In this document: in pieces, positions 1 through 12,511 of the stretch
Layout of the letters: the number at the start of each line of letters is the position of its first letter
How positions within the stretch are numbered: position 1 is the first letter of the stretch
DNA from: Craspedostauros australis
Taxonomy: Eukaryota
Reading direction: 5' to 3'
Length of the DNA stretch: 47,201 bases
NCBI GenBank assembly: GCA_030167865.1
Contig: JALAGF010004517.1
Coordinates: 1-47,201 of the forward strand
Notes under the pieces: generated by a model
Databases searched by the model: none
What the model saw: the letters and a program-made list of their open reading frames with translations, nothing else
What the model was told of the DNA's origin: nothing
Made by a program: the position numbers and the translations under genes

Positions 1-43
1 ACGACTCATCACGAGTAAAACTCAAAAAACACTCCACAACTAG

Positions 44-1606
44 TGTTATCGTGAGTGCATCAACTGCGACCTGGAGGTCGTAGTCGTATCAGTATCAGCT
101 TCAGCATCATCGACCCCTTGGTCGGTCAGTCCGATCCTTCGGACGGTCCTTGCGATCGCCATCTTCCTCAGCCTTGCGCAGATCTCATCGCTCCGCTTCA
201 TATCCAACCTCTTCGATGTCCCTGATGTCATCATCACGTCGTCCAAGGGGGGTGGTAACGCAGCCACAGCCACACGCTCCCAATGGCCGGAAGCCACTCA
301 GTCAGGACTGTCGGGCGTGCTGAAGATGCCACCGTTCGACGCGATCCACGACTTCTCGACAGGCCACAGACCGCAGCGGTTCATGGCAGGGTGCAGCAGG
401 GATAATCTGCTGCAGGGTCGTGGGGTGTCATACGAAGACAACGAAGACGGGATCGTCGACATGAGAACGCTTCCTGCTGCGCCATCCACAACGGACGACA
501 GCACGCAACGGTTTACTGGCATGACGCGAGAACAGCCCAGCGATGGCTATTCGGCCGCGTGGCTCGTCACCGTCAACCGCTTGCTCAGCAACGGCCGCAT
601 CAGCCTGCAGCATCTTCACGAAGCGGAGAATATAAACCTAGAGTTTGGTCACTTCGCAATGAGCGCGAAGAGCTGGAATCTACAAGCCGTCGACATGTTC
701 GATTTCTTCGTGCATCATCTGTCGTACTACGAGAAGATCACGGGCAGGAGCGCGGAGCTGCTGGGCGACACGATCCAGCTGTTGGAAGGCATGCAGGATG
801 ACTACGAGCGCAACGGCTTCTACAACAACGCCTCGAAGCAACGCAACGGACACACCTTGGCGATCATAGCGTACTACGCGGCCAAGCTCAACGGCCCAGC
901 ATTGCGACGCAACCAGCTGTTCCTCAACATCACGGTCAAGACGGTGGCGGCCGTGTTCCCAAATGCCGTCGTATTCGTGGGAGATCCATCCGACTACGCC
1001 TACGTCGCGCAGAGCAGCGGTCTCAATCGGTATCTGTACGATGTGCAGCTCATCAAGGATCTGCGGTCGTTCGATCGCTTGACGTACGGCACATCGGTCA
1101 TGGCGAAGGAGCTGCTGCGGCAGAATGTGTACAGCCAGGATGAGTTTGATTTCTTCTACTACACCGAGGCCGACGAGCTGCCGCACATGCGCGACGTGCA
1201 CTACTTGGTGCGGCATGCGCTGCAGCCAGCACCTACTGGTCGATTCTCTTCGTCCGTCATCATTCCGCATCGTGGCCAACCCATTTCGATTGCGTCGGAT
1301 GTGTCGCAGGTGACTTTGGAGACGCACAAGAAGAGGTACGACGACGTAGACTTGGGTGGCAAGCGCGTGATGCATGACGTGCCGGATCTCATGTCGAGCA
1401 GCTGCTGCTTTGATCGTCCCAACATCCGTCATGGACCCTTCGTCAGCCCGCAGGAGTTCATTTCCATCACAAATTCCACGCTGGAGCTGTTCCGGCAGCA
1501 CCGCAGCTTCTCGCATGTGGCTGGCACGGGCAACATCTTCAAGAAGATGTTCCGTCTGTGCCAAATGTCAAGTCCGCGACAGATGTGCTTGTCCTCGTCG
1601 GCATGA
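44..1606 (+). CDS. 5'-incomplete type II membrane protein, uncharacterised (possibly glycosyltransferase-like)
   Basis: The frame of ORF 317..1606 is open back to the TAG at 41-43. That TAG follows an A/C-rich tract resembling other intron 3' ends in this window, so it is a probable acceptor with exon 1 lying outside the window. The extension encodes a hydrophobic anchor (ILRTVLAIAIFLSLA). The lumenal part has FYYTEADE (DxD-like) and C-terminal Cys. The function is inference only. Confidence 0.6.
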   Translation, partial: CYRECINCDLEVVVVSVSASASSTPWSVSPILRTVLAIAIFLSLAQISSLRFISNLFDVPDVIITSSKGGGNAATATRSQWPEATQSGLSGVLKMPPFDAIHDFSTGHRPQRFMAGCSRDNLLQGRGVSYEDNEDGIVDMRTLPAAPSTTDDSTQRFTGMTREQPSDGYSAAWLVTVNRLLSNGRISLQHLHEAENINLEFGHFAMSAKSWNLQAVDMFDFFVHHLSYYEKITGRSAELLGDTIQLLEGMQDDYERNGFYNNASKQRNGHTLAIIAYYAAKLNGPALRRNQLFLNITVKTVAAVFPNAVVFVGDPSDYAYVAQSSGLNRYLYDVQLIKDLRSFDRLTYGTSVMAKELLRQNVYSQDEFDFFYYTEADELPHMRDVHYLVRHALQPAPTGRFSSSVIIPHRGQPISIASDVSQVTLETHKKRYDDVDLGGKRVMHDVPDLMSSSCCFDRPNIRHGPFVSPQEFISITNSTLELFRQHRSFSHVAGTGNIFKKMFRLCQMSSPRQMCLSSSA

Positions 1607-2403
1607 TGGTGACGTCGATGACGTCGATGCCGTCGATGACGTCGATGATGGTGTTGGATTGGAGCTGAGCCGGCTGAGATGATTGCTCGAAGTGATCTGC
1701 TCGCCAGGCACGTCCATCAAGACTCGCCAACGACCAAGCAGGGGGTGCCAACAGACTTACCGCCTGACCGACCAGCCATCATCATCATCATCTGCGTGAC
1801 AGACCACCATGTTGTTGGCAGCCGTCTCCAGCATGTCGCGACAACGCGTCAACGCAAAGTAATCATACCAAGTCTCCCATCCTCAAATTAATCACGGCGC
1901 CATCGATGGGATCGTTGCGACGCAATACTGGCAAAGATTTTGCAGCTGCATCCAGGCTGTGCCGATACGACGTTGCGCTCAGAGCAATTGGTTCGTCGAG
2001 TGTGGAGTATCAGCCATCTCCAGCACGTGTAGCAAGTGATCGAGTGGCGCCGTCGACGTCCCTTGGCTGATCCATATTTCCAAGAGGTAAGGTGAGACAA
2101 GCCGTCATCGTGCGGCCTTCGTCAGCAAGTGACGCGCATTTGGGCTGATCCATCCCATTTGTATTGCACGAATTGCATGTCTGATTCAACGCACGCCATA
2201 CAAGTACGAGAAGAGTCAGAGCGTTGCATAAGCCCCATGAAAGCTAAACTGCTCAGAACCACCTACCTATCCAGTTGATTCTCTCCGCGTCACGAGGGAA
2301 ACCGCAATCATGCACTCCATTTCTACACTCTTGCAGCAGATCCCAGGATGATGAGAGCGAGTGCATAGCATTGTGTAGCTTTGGGTTGCGATGCATTAGT
2401 TGG

Positions 2404-3476
2404 TTACATAGCCGGAGATGTTAATATCCACTTTTCGCCGCCGTCGTCTTCCACCTGCTCTTCACCGTCTTCGTCAGCATCGTGACCATCATCATCACCA
2501 CCAATATTCTGATCGACCAATACTCCGTCATTGGTCCGATCGTCAGCATCATGGTCCTCGGTGCTTTCCTGATTCTGATGATGCGAATGATCAGCGCCGT
2601 CTTCTATTCGTGCATCCGCCATCTCCTCACCTTCGTTGCCTTCGTCTTCCTGCTCCTCTTCCTCATCGTCGTCGTTGCCGTTTGTGTTGCCGTTTGCGTT
2701 GCCATTGCCGTTGGCATCACCTGCTATCTCGTCAACTTCGATGTCGATGGCAGCCATTCCTTCTGCGTCATGCGCCTCCGCGGTCGTGTCCGTCTGCATG
2801 GCCAAGACGCGCAATTTCCACGCCTGCTTCTGTTCGGCGTCCAATCCCGTCTTCCATTGTCCAGCGACGATGCGAATCAGCTGATTGCTGGGCAATTCTG
2901 GATTCTGCGCCTTGACCGTTGGATACGTCTCCTGCACGAACAGCGTGTACGCCGTTTGTTGACGCTTGCGTCGATTGGGATTGATCTTGCGCTTCCTGGC
3001 CTTGGGTTTGCGACCCCGTTTCTTGCCCTTGTATTTGGGAACGCCATTCTCATCGAGGGGCGGCAGTTGAGTCGGATCGATGGCTGCGATGCGGAATGTC
3101 GGGGTGGATTACATCGCACATCGCGCGTTGGTCATGGTTGTTTGATGTTGCAAATGGTGATGAGTGAGAAAGGAGTTTGCGGTACGATGAGAGATCAAAC
3201 AAATGAGACAAGACGACAACCGCTAATTTCAATGTGTAGCAAAGACAGGGCCTTGCTTGCCACAACCCTGCCTGACTCACCGTACTGATCCTACGCGGCC
3301 TGCGTGACACCGAATTGCACCGACAGCATGCGTGCCTGCTCGTTGAGGCGGTCGGCCTTTTGCTGTGACAGATCGGCCTCCTGCCTCAGATGTCGCACGA
3401 GGGCCTTCGTGGCAGAAAAGTTGGGATCATCAGGATCGGACAGCAGCTCCGCGAACAATGCGCTGCTGTCGGCCAT
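2404..3476 (-). CDS. HMG-box protein with coiled-coil N-terminus, basic AT-hook-like KRGRKPK segment and long acidic tail; exons 3476-3281 and 3083-2404; in-frame TAG at 3293-3291
   Basis: Donor GTGAGT at 3280 and acceptor CGCAG ending at 3084 join in phase (G+CC). Exon 2 reads KKRGRKPKARKRKINPNRRKRQQTAYTLFVQETYPTVKAQNPELPSNQLIRIVAGQWK...QKQAWK (HMG-box signature), then a D/E-rich tail. Confidence 0.75.
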
Positions 3477-5502
3477 TGTGGAATCGTGCGAATTGTCGTT
3501 GCGCATGCGCCTCTTCTCGTCTCGTCTTGCATGTGCGTACTTGCGTAGAGCAGCCTATCCTATCTCAACATGGCTGTTCGTTGTTGCGCTTGATGCAGCC
3601 ACCGGAGTACGGATATAATGGACAAAGGGCGACTCGTATAGTACAGGTATGATGATGATGACTCTACAGATCGAGAAATGTGTTGGATCTGTTGGGTAAC
3701 AGATTTTTGGTTGTTGTTGGACTTGGGAGTCAAGGGAGAATTTGAGGAATGACGGGGGTTGCGGTGAAACGATATCGCCAAAACTCCGAGGATAGCACCT
3801 CAACTTGCGCAAGCAAGAACCTTCCTTGAACTTGACAACATGAGACACAACATCAACTAGATAACCATAGATTCAGAAGTCAATCTACCCAATCAGTGTC
3901 TTTACTACACCAGCTCATTGCCATTATCCTGATAGACTTGGTCTCTGTTGACGGAACCATGTGATTTTGCTGTGTACAACAACAGGACAAAAACCGACAT
4001 CACCTTCGTCGTTGCAATAATCCTCCTAATCTCAAAATCCAGTGTCACCAGATCCGAGCAACCGCTGTCATGACACACAATGAAAGGGAATCACCCTCCT
4101 CCCCCCCCCCACTTCGTCGAAATACCACGCAACGACGTCAATCTTTGCGATGGGGTGGATGCCATTATCATCACGGAGGTCCAATCCCACAGCGAACAAT
4201 GGAATCGGTGTGAGCTTCACAATAACAGGATAGATTCAATTTCATCCCAACATGCGTGTACCATACTCATCGGACCGCCACATGATCGATCGGTTCCTCG
4301 ATGAATTGCTGATGATACCATGGCGCTCGTGTAGAGTTTGCACGTGATCTACTCCGCACACGTTTGGGATAGTCAGTCCCTTTGCGTGGCTGTAAAATGT
4401 CGCCACACATTTCAATGAATCTAATATTCGGTCTGTGCTTCGTCAGAATGTCCACGTTTGATCGAACTTGGAACCATGCAGTCCATTCAGTCTGCAGGGC
4501 TCGCTTTCATTCACAATTTCAAATGTGTCACGGATAACCGTTCTTCTGTACAATCGCCAACCAATAACCAAGCGCGCCGGCAATCCCACAAAACCAGTTG
4601 GCGAAATACACTTCTGTTTGAAGTTGCATCACCAATCGCGTCGCAGTGACTGAAGTCAGGCCAATGATGGGCGATCAAATGCGAAGAACGCGCCGGACAG
4701 GTCGTGGCATGATGGACCGGCGTTGTGCAGAATCCAACTTTCTTTGTCATGATACGCTCGCCCGGCGCTTTCTGTCTTGTTGGTGTCTGGGTGAAGAAAA
4801 GAACATGTCACGCAGGAAGACAACAACGAAGGACGACAGAAGAAGTTCCTCACACAAACAACAGCTGGATGCCGAAATGCGACGACAACAACCCAACTGA
4901 TTTCACATGGCAATTGGTTCTGTCAATGTCATTTTTTGCGATCGCCATCTTTCTCAGATTGTGTTTGTGCGCGGAGTTTGTTCCTGAGTTTGCCGTTGTG
5001 ATCGTGTGAAGGTTCGGAGCGCTGTACGATTGGATCTTCGCCTCCACACATCCTCGTGCAATGCATCATTGGTGCGGGCGGATGGTATTGCCCCATGGCC
5101 GTTGCGGCCGAGGATCTTGCCGTTGATGTTTCATGCGAGTTCTACCAAGCCCTACGTATCTTGAGTATCTTGGACGAGAACAAATGACAAAGAAAAGCAC
5201 AGTCCTGCGTGCGATCTGGTAGTTACGCCTGTGGCATCGAAAGACATCGCAACACGAGATCTCGTTGATCATCGCCCCGCATCCGCATCTCCTGGCGCAT
5301 TGGCGCTTGCTTTCGCTGTTTCTGCTTCTGCTTCTGTTGCTGTTGTTGTTGCTGTCATTGCGACCGCATCAAACAGCTCTTCCTCTCCTCTCATAAAATC
5401 GAATTGTGGATCAATACAAGCCAACTCAGTTCAGCACAACGGAAATCAACCCAAAACCAAACCAAACCAAACCATCACCAACTCGCCCCCAACCAAGCAA
5501 CC

Positions 5503-7149
5503 ATGGATCCCCTTCAACTCTTCAAGTCAGTGTACTCCACCGGACTACTCATCTTTTCGTTCGTCATCGTCTGTGGACTGATCTTCAACGAGGAGACCAA
5601 GGTCTCATCCGAGGTCCACCCAGCCGTTGCCCTGATCGTCATGATCACGGCCCTCGTCTGGCTCAACATGGTGGAGGGAGGACAGGGGTCCCTCGTCGGT
5701 CTCCCACCAGTCGACCGCGATCTCTACGTCGAATCCCATCCAACCAGCCACAAGTGCACCTCCCTCGCCCACAAGGGTGACAACCTCGACCGCTACCTCA
5801 TGGGACGTCAGTTCATGGTCCTCCTCATGGTCTTCACCATCAACCAGTGCGGTGCCCCACTCGAAGATGCCGAGGTCTTCGGATTCCCAGACATCATGAT
5901 CAAGATCTTCCTCGAGTCCGGAGTCGCCATGATCCTCATGACGGCCATGGCTGGACAGCTCAACTCCCAAGTCAACGCCTCCCTCTGCATGCTTGACTAC
6001 ATCAACAACTACTTCGCCGTCTTCACCCTCTACGTCGCCCTCGCCATCGAGTTCTCCGGACTTCTGCACTCGTGCTACCTCGTCCAGATGTTCTTCGTCT
6101 GGGTCTCCGGCAAGGAAATCGAGTCCAAGGAAGCACCACGAGATGCTGTACAGAATGTCTTCCACTGGGGCCGCATTCTCGCCTCCCTCGCCATCCTGTG
6201 CTACGCCATGGCCGTCACCCTCGCCGCCCTCTTCGATGGAAAGACCACCATGTGGGACGGGGTGCCAAACGGAGTCGCCGTCATCCTCTTTTTCGTCTTC
6301 ATGTCCATCGTCGGCATGCTCGAGGGTATGCAGATCGCCTTCTTCGCCGTCGCCAAGCTCCCAAAGAATGAACGTGGAGACCACCCAATCGCCCGCAAGA
6401 CTTGCGAACTTCTCTTCCGTGGAGAGGGACGCAACCTCCCAGGATTCATGATCGGCCGCCAAGTCTGCGTGACCATGTGCTTCTTCATCATCGCCCGTGT
6501 CACCACTCTCGATGTCGAGGTGGGCGAAGGCGAGAACATCTTCGACGTCTCTGACACCGCCCAAGAATTCTTCAACACCGGACTTCTCGGAGCCCTCATC
6601 ACCACCATCATCGCCTCCATCACCTGGCAGCTGGTCGCATCCGTCTTCCCAATCGCCTTCCTCTCCAACCCACTGGTGTACATCTTCCTCCAGCTCTGTC
6701 TGGCCTTGGAAGCCACCGGTATCTGCTCCGGAGCCTGGGTCCTTGCCTCCATCCACAAAGCCATCTCTGGCTTCCAGCTCGATGAGGTGTACGTCGGTAC
6801 CCCAGAAGAGCGTGCTGCCGGCATGAAGCCAGACCACAAGAGCAACCGCAACATGCACCTGGGAACCAACGTGCTCGTGAACGAGGCCGGTGCCGCTGCC
6901 GTCCCACACGAATACCTCGACCTCCAGAAGGCCTTGGCCACACAGAATGAGTCGTATTCCGTCCGTCGCGAGCGCATCCTGTCCAACATCAAGAATCTTC
7001 GTGAGGAGATCAACGCCTGCAGCGACGAAGACGAGGCCCGCATCTTCGAATCTGCCCTTCGCATGGAGACTGCTGCCATGGAGAAGCTGAACCAAGAGGA
7101 GCACGACAGTTCTGGCGAGAGCGACGAGGAGGTGGGCGTCCAGAAGTAG
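5503..7149 (+). CDS. SIT: Silicon (silicic acid) transporter, 548 aa, intronless
   Basis: ATG at 5503 (MDPLQLFK). Four GXQ motifs (EGGQ, MGRQ, EGMQ, IGRQ), the CMLD motif, about 10 hydrophobic segments and a C-terminal coiled-coil-like tail. Strong bias to C-ending codons. Confidence 0.97.
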   Translation: MDPLQLFKSVYSTGLLIFSFVIVCGLIFNEETKVSSEVHPAVALIVMITALVWLNMVEGGQGSLVGLPPVDRDLYVESHPTSHKCTSLAHKGDNLDRYLMGRQFMVLLMVFTINQCGAPLEDAEVFGFPDIMIKIFLESGVAMILMTAMAGQLNSQVNASLCMLDYINNYFAVFTLYVALAIEFSGLLHSCYLVQMFFVWVSGKEIESKEAPRDAVQNVFHWGRILASLAILCYAMAVTLAALFDGKTTMWDGVPNGVAVILFFVFMSIVGMLEGMQIAFFAVAKLPKNERGDHPIARKTCELLFRGEGRNLPGFMIGRQVCVTMCFFIIARVTTLDVEVGEGENIFDVSDTAQEFFNTGLLGALITTIIASITWQLVASVFPIAFLSNPLVYIFLQLCLALEATGICSGAWVLASIHKAISGFQLDEVYVGTPEERAAGMKPDHKSNRNMHLGTNVLVNEAGAAAVPHEYLDLQKALATQNESYSVRRERILSNIKNLREEINACSDEDEARIFESALRMETAAMEKLNQEEHDSSGESDEEVGVQK

Positions 7150-8207
7150 GCAATCGGTGCATGATATTCGGGCGCAGCCACCATGCGCCAAACCGTCGAC
7201 ATCATCCATCGCATCACATGGACATGTACAAGCACAAGCACATCCGGCGTACTTCATTGCCGGCATCCGGTGTGGTGTTGTATGAGTCCACCGACCATCA
7301 CCAGTGGTACGCATACATGACGTCGTACAAACCAGTATTAGTAGTAGTCGCACATAACAGGATAGTCTGCTTTCGTGTCACTCACTCCGAACTGCATACT
7401 TCACGATGGCGCGGAAATTGGAACCACTCTGCGGGGTGGATCGCTCTCTTCGTCGCAGAGCACTTCCAACAAGCGACGTGAATGGCTGGCTAACGTTGTT
7501 CCGCATCGTCGCAGGTATCGGTACGAGCAATCGCATGGTTGGGGCGCCGTTGCACAGAGCTGCTTCAACTTTCCTGTTCGATTCCTTGTATTTCGAATGC
7601 TCTACTCATGGTAGGGGTTCTGTTGCTGTCGCAATCGGAGTACAAGCACGAGCACTAGTACGAGTAGGATGGTGTGGTTCTTCCATTGGCAATGGAGGTT
7701 GGAGCGAAGCGGCACAACAATCACGACGTCCTTGTCGGCTTCACCTGTGGTGGTGGTGATGCTGTCGGTTGGATGTCACTGCTACAATGTTCTGAATCAT
7801 CACGGGATACTCGTAGAGTGGAGTAGAGTAGAGTCCTATTGTTGCCATGTGGGACGCACCATGCTTGTACGGTGCGTCATGTTCATCCAAAAGGACACTG
7901 ATTCATTGTTCCATCGAGTGCTTTGCGCATCTGCGTATGTGAGTAGAGTGAGTAGAGTATGTATATTCGTACTAATACGGGATTAGGTTTGGTTGCATGG
8001 TGCATTGTGAAACCATGTCGTTACGATTGTGGATGTGGATGTGAATGCAGGTGTAAATGTGATTGACCATGTGGTGGTGATGTGTGTCCTTTCCGCCACC
8101 TGGTGTGTTCATGGACAGCAGTCGCATCATCATGCGACCAGCTGTGCGCTGCCTCCTTCGATGTTCGTGTTGAATGACGCAAACATTGTCGACGACTCTT
8201 GCTCGTG

Positions 8208-10974
8208 CTATTCGCCCATGTCATCGCAATTACCGTCCTGAAGGACCTGCTGGTAGGCGGGTGATGGCGCAGTCCGGGATTGGCGTCGGATGCTCTCCGA
8301 CTGAGATCGACGCATGGACATGGGGCTGGAGAGCACTGACATCAGCGATGCTGTGATGGACAGCCGTCTCTGTTGCTGCGAATGTGGTTGCTGTTCATGA
8401 TGATGCGAGTGTTCTCCACCGTCGTCATCATCGCTGTTGGAGAGGGGCAGCGGCTGGAATGGCAACGGAGGCAGTCCACCTGTTTGGTGGGAGGGGATCG
8501 CGGACATGGTGCCGTCCGTCGTATGGATCGAAGCGGTCCTTGAACTTGCTGCCATTCCCGACAGCGCTGCACCCGGCATCACCGTGAGCGATGATGACAT
8601 TGATTGTAATTCCACCTCGGAGCTGCGCCTGCTGGATCTGCCACCAGAGTGGCTGCCGGAGCGTCCGCCATGCTGCTGCTGCTGTGTTCCCTGAGAGGAC
8701 GTGCGTTTGAGTGGCAGAGAGGATATCATGGGCGACATGGGCATCATGTTGAGGGCGGATTGCAGGAAGCTGGAACGCTTCATCACGGGCTTGGTGTGGA
8801 TGGGAGATGCCATGGGTGAGAGGAATGCGGCCGCAGCCGCAGATGAGGATGACTGCATGGCGCAGGATCTCCTCACAAGCAGACCTCCCATGATGAAGAA
8901 GACGTCCTCCGTGCTGCTATTTCTGCTGCTGTTCTTGCCATCGTCAGTGTCGCCATCGGTGTTGCTTCTAGCGCTTCCATCATCGCTGTCCGAATCATGA
9001 TCGGTGCTGCCAGTGCTGCTGCTGTTGTGATCGTTGTTGGCGCTGTCGAAGAAGATGGTCTCCGCGGTCTCCGATGATGTGTTGAGGTCAGTCTCCCGCC
9101 CATGCACCGTTTGAGACTGCCCTGAGCTGTTGTGAGCCGTTCCATCGTTGGCTGTGCTGATTTCATGGGTCACACCCGTCGCTCCCAGCAGCTGCTTCGC
9201 GTCAGACGAATCTGCCGTGGCGCCACTGTCATGTGGGTTGCGCACGAGAAGCTCTGTGCGACATGCTGGGCAATCATCCTGGCGCTGATCACACAGCCAC
9301 AGCTGGATGCAGTCGACGTGGAAGACGTGTCGACAGCACCACGATGACGAAGAGTCTTCCGTTGTATTTGTGTTTGTGTTTGCATTTGCGCTTGCATCAA
9401 CGTCTGAGCCAGTACCTGTTGCTGTCGATCCCGATGTCGCTTTTGACTTCGACCGTGATCTCATGCATGGCTTGTTGTTCTGAAAGCTCCATGAGACGAC
9501 GTCGTTCACTTGGAAGTCCTCCATGCAGATGATGCAGGTTGATTCTTCTTCCACGTCGCTGTTGAGCATTTCATTGGTGAGAATGGGCACACAGAATGGG
9601 CTGGAGGTTGGTGGTGGCAGTGGTAGCTTTGATGCAGTTCTACCGTCCGTGTTGTTGTTGTTGTTGTTGTTGTTGTTGCCGGCGGCAGCGCTGGTCTGAG
9701 AATGCGACCCACCCTGCTCAACATCAATATCAATATCAGCATGTTCGTCTTCGTCTTCATGCATTCCAAGACCTCCTTTGTATTCGGAAGCCGCAGTGCT
9801 GGGGCGAGAGAGGGTGTTGGAGAGGTGGAATGAGTCCAGCACCTCCTGCACTGTCCAGTAGAAGTAACCGTTCGGTTCTTGCTTTTGGATGGTCTGTTGG
9901 AAGATGAGTGAAGAACAGGACGATAGGTAAAAACGTGAATGTTGATGGCAATTAGAGTCGGCGCATCATGGAGGGGGCAACGGATGCAACTTGAAGATGG
10001 TCGTGCGACTGATTCTGGTTGCAGATGCGAAGGAGACTCACCGTTTCGTACATGTTGGCTCTCATCCAGAGCTTGCGCTGCTCCGGAGTGTCCTTCTTGA
10101 GTTTCTCTCTGGCCTCCCGTTCCTCGCGGCTTCGCTCCTGCCTCTGGAGGTTCTCCTGTGCTCTCCGACGGATCTGCTCTCCCCTGTGCAGCTCTGGTGG
10201 AGGGATGGAGGTTCGAGAGCACCTGAGCATGGTGATGATGGCTACGATGGCCAAGACCGTGAGGAAGATGTCATCTGTGGTCATGGCTTCGGAGTGGTGC
10301 CCACCTGTGTTTCCATCATCTGATGCTGATGCTGATGTGGAATTGGAACTGGAGTTGTTACTGGAGTTGTTACTGGAGTTGTTACTGGAGCTGGAGATGG
10401 CACCGAACGGATCCATCCGAGGCGCCACATCTGAAGATATCGTCGTTGGCACAAAGGTAGGGAAGGTGACATCGATGATTCCTTCGTCGACAGAGTGGCC
10501 GCCCGCATCTCCCTCCACATCTTCAGGCGCGATGGGCGCTACGTCGACCTCGGATGTCGAAATCTCCATCTTCAATCCGTTTCCGTCTTGTGGAGTTTCA
10601 GTGATGCGAGATGATGCGAGGAGAGGACGTTGTGGTTGATCACGAGATGGTGCCTTTGCTCTCCTTCCTCCTCTGTTTTGGATGCAATCAGGTGCTTCGC
10701 CATGTTCTGACGCCCCCAAGAGTGTCTGTCGGCACTGATGATGTGAGCAATGCGACAAGAGCGTTCGCTTCACGCTGCCACCAACTTGTGTGAATTTGTG
10801 TGCGAGCGGGTCAATCTTGGAAACGCCACCATGCTTGTCCGCAAGCACGTGCTGGAAAACTGGTGTCTGTGTGTTCCCGCTTGCCTGGTTCTTGGTTTTG
10901 CGCCTCCTCTCTTGTTCCCCATTTGTGTTCAGCGGTGCTTCGTGCTGCTTCGTGTCGCCAAGGATCGCAAGCAT
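8208..10974 (-). CDS. Single-pass transmembrane RING-H2 E3 ubiquitin ligase (ATL/RNF-like); exons 10974-10042 and 9893-8208
   Basis: Donor GTGAGT at 10041 and acceptor CAACAG ending at 9894 join in phase 0 (MYET|TIQKQ). TM segment IFLTVLAIVAIITML. RING-H2 ligands CIIC...CRHVFHVDC...W...CPAC. The start codon is uncertain; the first in-frame ATG was used. Confidence 0.85.
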
Positions 10975-12511
10975 CCGACCACCACTGCTGCCATCACTGA
11001 TGCTGCGAGTGATTGTGGCCAAGGCCTCTTCGATTCTATTCTACCTTGACCCTACTGCCTCCTCAAAGTTTCCAACGGAACATCCCATCGCATGCATCAG
11101 GACTCCCCATTGTCCTTCCGCGTCAGCCAGAATCTTGTGCGTCTCCTCCTTTCTTCCACGCTCTCTTGTGGTTGTTCCTGTTTCATCTTTTCCTTTTGTC
11201 CAAATCATCCTCGCTGGGCGGTTCGCTCCTTGCCGTGCCACCCTCCCTCTTGTTGCGAGTCATGCGACAACGACATGCCAATAACATGGAGGAACAGATT
11301 CGCGGGATGCGGGCGGTTGTGAGTTTTCTCGCTTCGGTTAGACGAACGTTGGATCATCACTGGGCCTCCTTTCCAAAATGTCCTCTTTTCACGCTTTGTG
11401 TGTTGAACGCAACAACACAGAGCAGCTCACTGACATGTACGTGCATGATGCATCGCCTTCCAAGCACACGGCAGCAAGCCTCTGGCAGCCCTTCACCCCG
11501 GACAAGCCACCGAACAGAAAACAGCGGCAGCACAATCATTGTCTGAGTATCCCTCGACTACGAAACGCCTTGCCCATGAAGAGCTACCATCATCTTCTTC
11601 ATCTTTCCTCTGTTTGAACCACCCACCATCATGCCATTGTTGTCAGAGCACTTGTGTCGACACACCTGCGCTGCGTGTCATTTTTGTGGCTGGTGGCGTG
11701 CGAGTGGCAGCATTTTCGACTTTTGGCGAAACTCTCTTGTTTTGAATAAATTCTCCTCAACTCCGAGATGGTTGGCCTTGGGTCTGCGGAGTTTGTATTT
11801 CGGATTCGCATTCCGTCTGTGTCACCCCAACCAATCGCGACAAGATAGAAAGCCGCTTAGCAGCTCACGATTGAAGAAGTGTCGCAACGACCAGATCATT
11901 TAGTCCATAGATGTTCCTTGGAATGGGAGATGAAACTCCACATAGCACATCTTCAGCGACGTGGATTTTCACGTTGACATAATTCTCCGTCATTTTCAAC
12001 TGTATCCCTAGCAATGTAAAATATATAGGCATTGTTTCTGTAAGTGATTTTCTCAAAACGCGCTAGGTATACTCAACCAAGGAGCAACCTTTCGCAGGCC
12101 CAAGCGTGAAAACTGTCTGTCACGATGAGGTGATTGACAACACCTTCGGATGGGCGCAATTGCATCCGGTAGCGAAATCGCGGGCGAAACAGACACACAA
12201 AGCAGCCACCACAGACAGGTGTCCAATCCTGTCACCGCTCTCTGTCTTGGTGTTGGTCTTGGTGTTGGCGTTGGTGTTGGTGACTGCCGAATTGTCCGCA
12301 TGGCCCAGCCACCGACCTGCGTACCGATTCGAGCTGAGTGGACGTCTGGATTGAAACCTTCTTGCTTGCCCAAAGTCCAGAGCATCGTATTATACCACAC
12401 CCGACCATACCATATTATACTACTCTATCATACCACACTACTCTATTATAATATTATAATATTGTAGAATACGATCCCACCTGGGTGGCCGTAGGAGGAA
12501 CCTGAAGAGAG

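Noticed and set aside
2482-3288. Very hydrophobic 268-aa plus-strand ORF resembling a membrane protein
   Set aside because: It is the antisense of the D/E/N-rich HMG tail; GAC/GAA/AAC codons read as V/F/I on the other strand.
3291-3293. Genome-wide TAG reassignment
   Set aside because: TAG terminates SIT, BCAT, GTF2H2, the large kinase and the polyamine fusion at sensible C-termini, and no other gene needs a sense TAG.
3640-5200. Short ORFs or a transposon remnant between HMG and SIT
   Set aside because: No recognisable domains, terminal repeats or codon bias; treated as intergenic/promoter sequence.
5605-7353. 582-aa and 346-aa ORFs antisense to SIT
   Set aside because: Shadow ORFs produced by the strong codon bias of SIT; they have no independent protein features.
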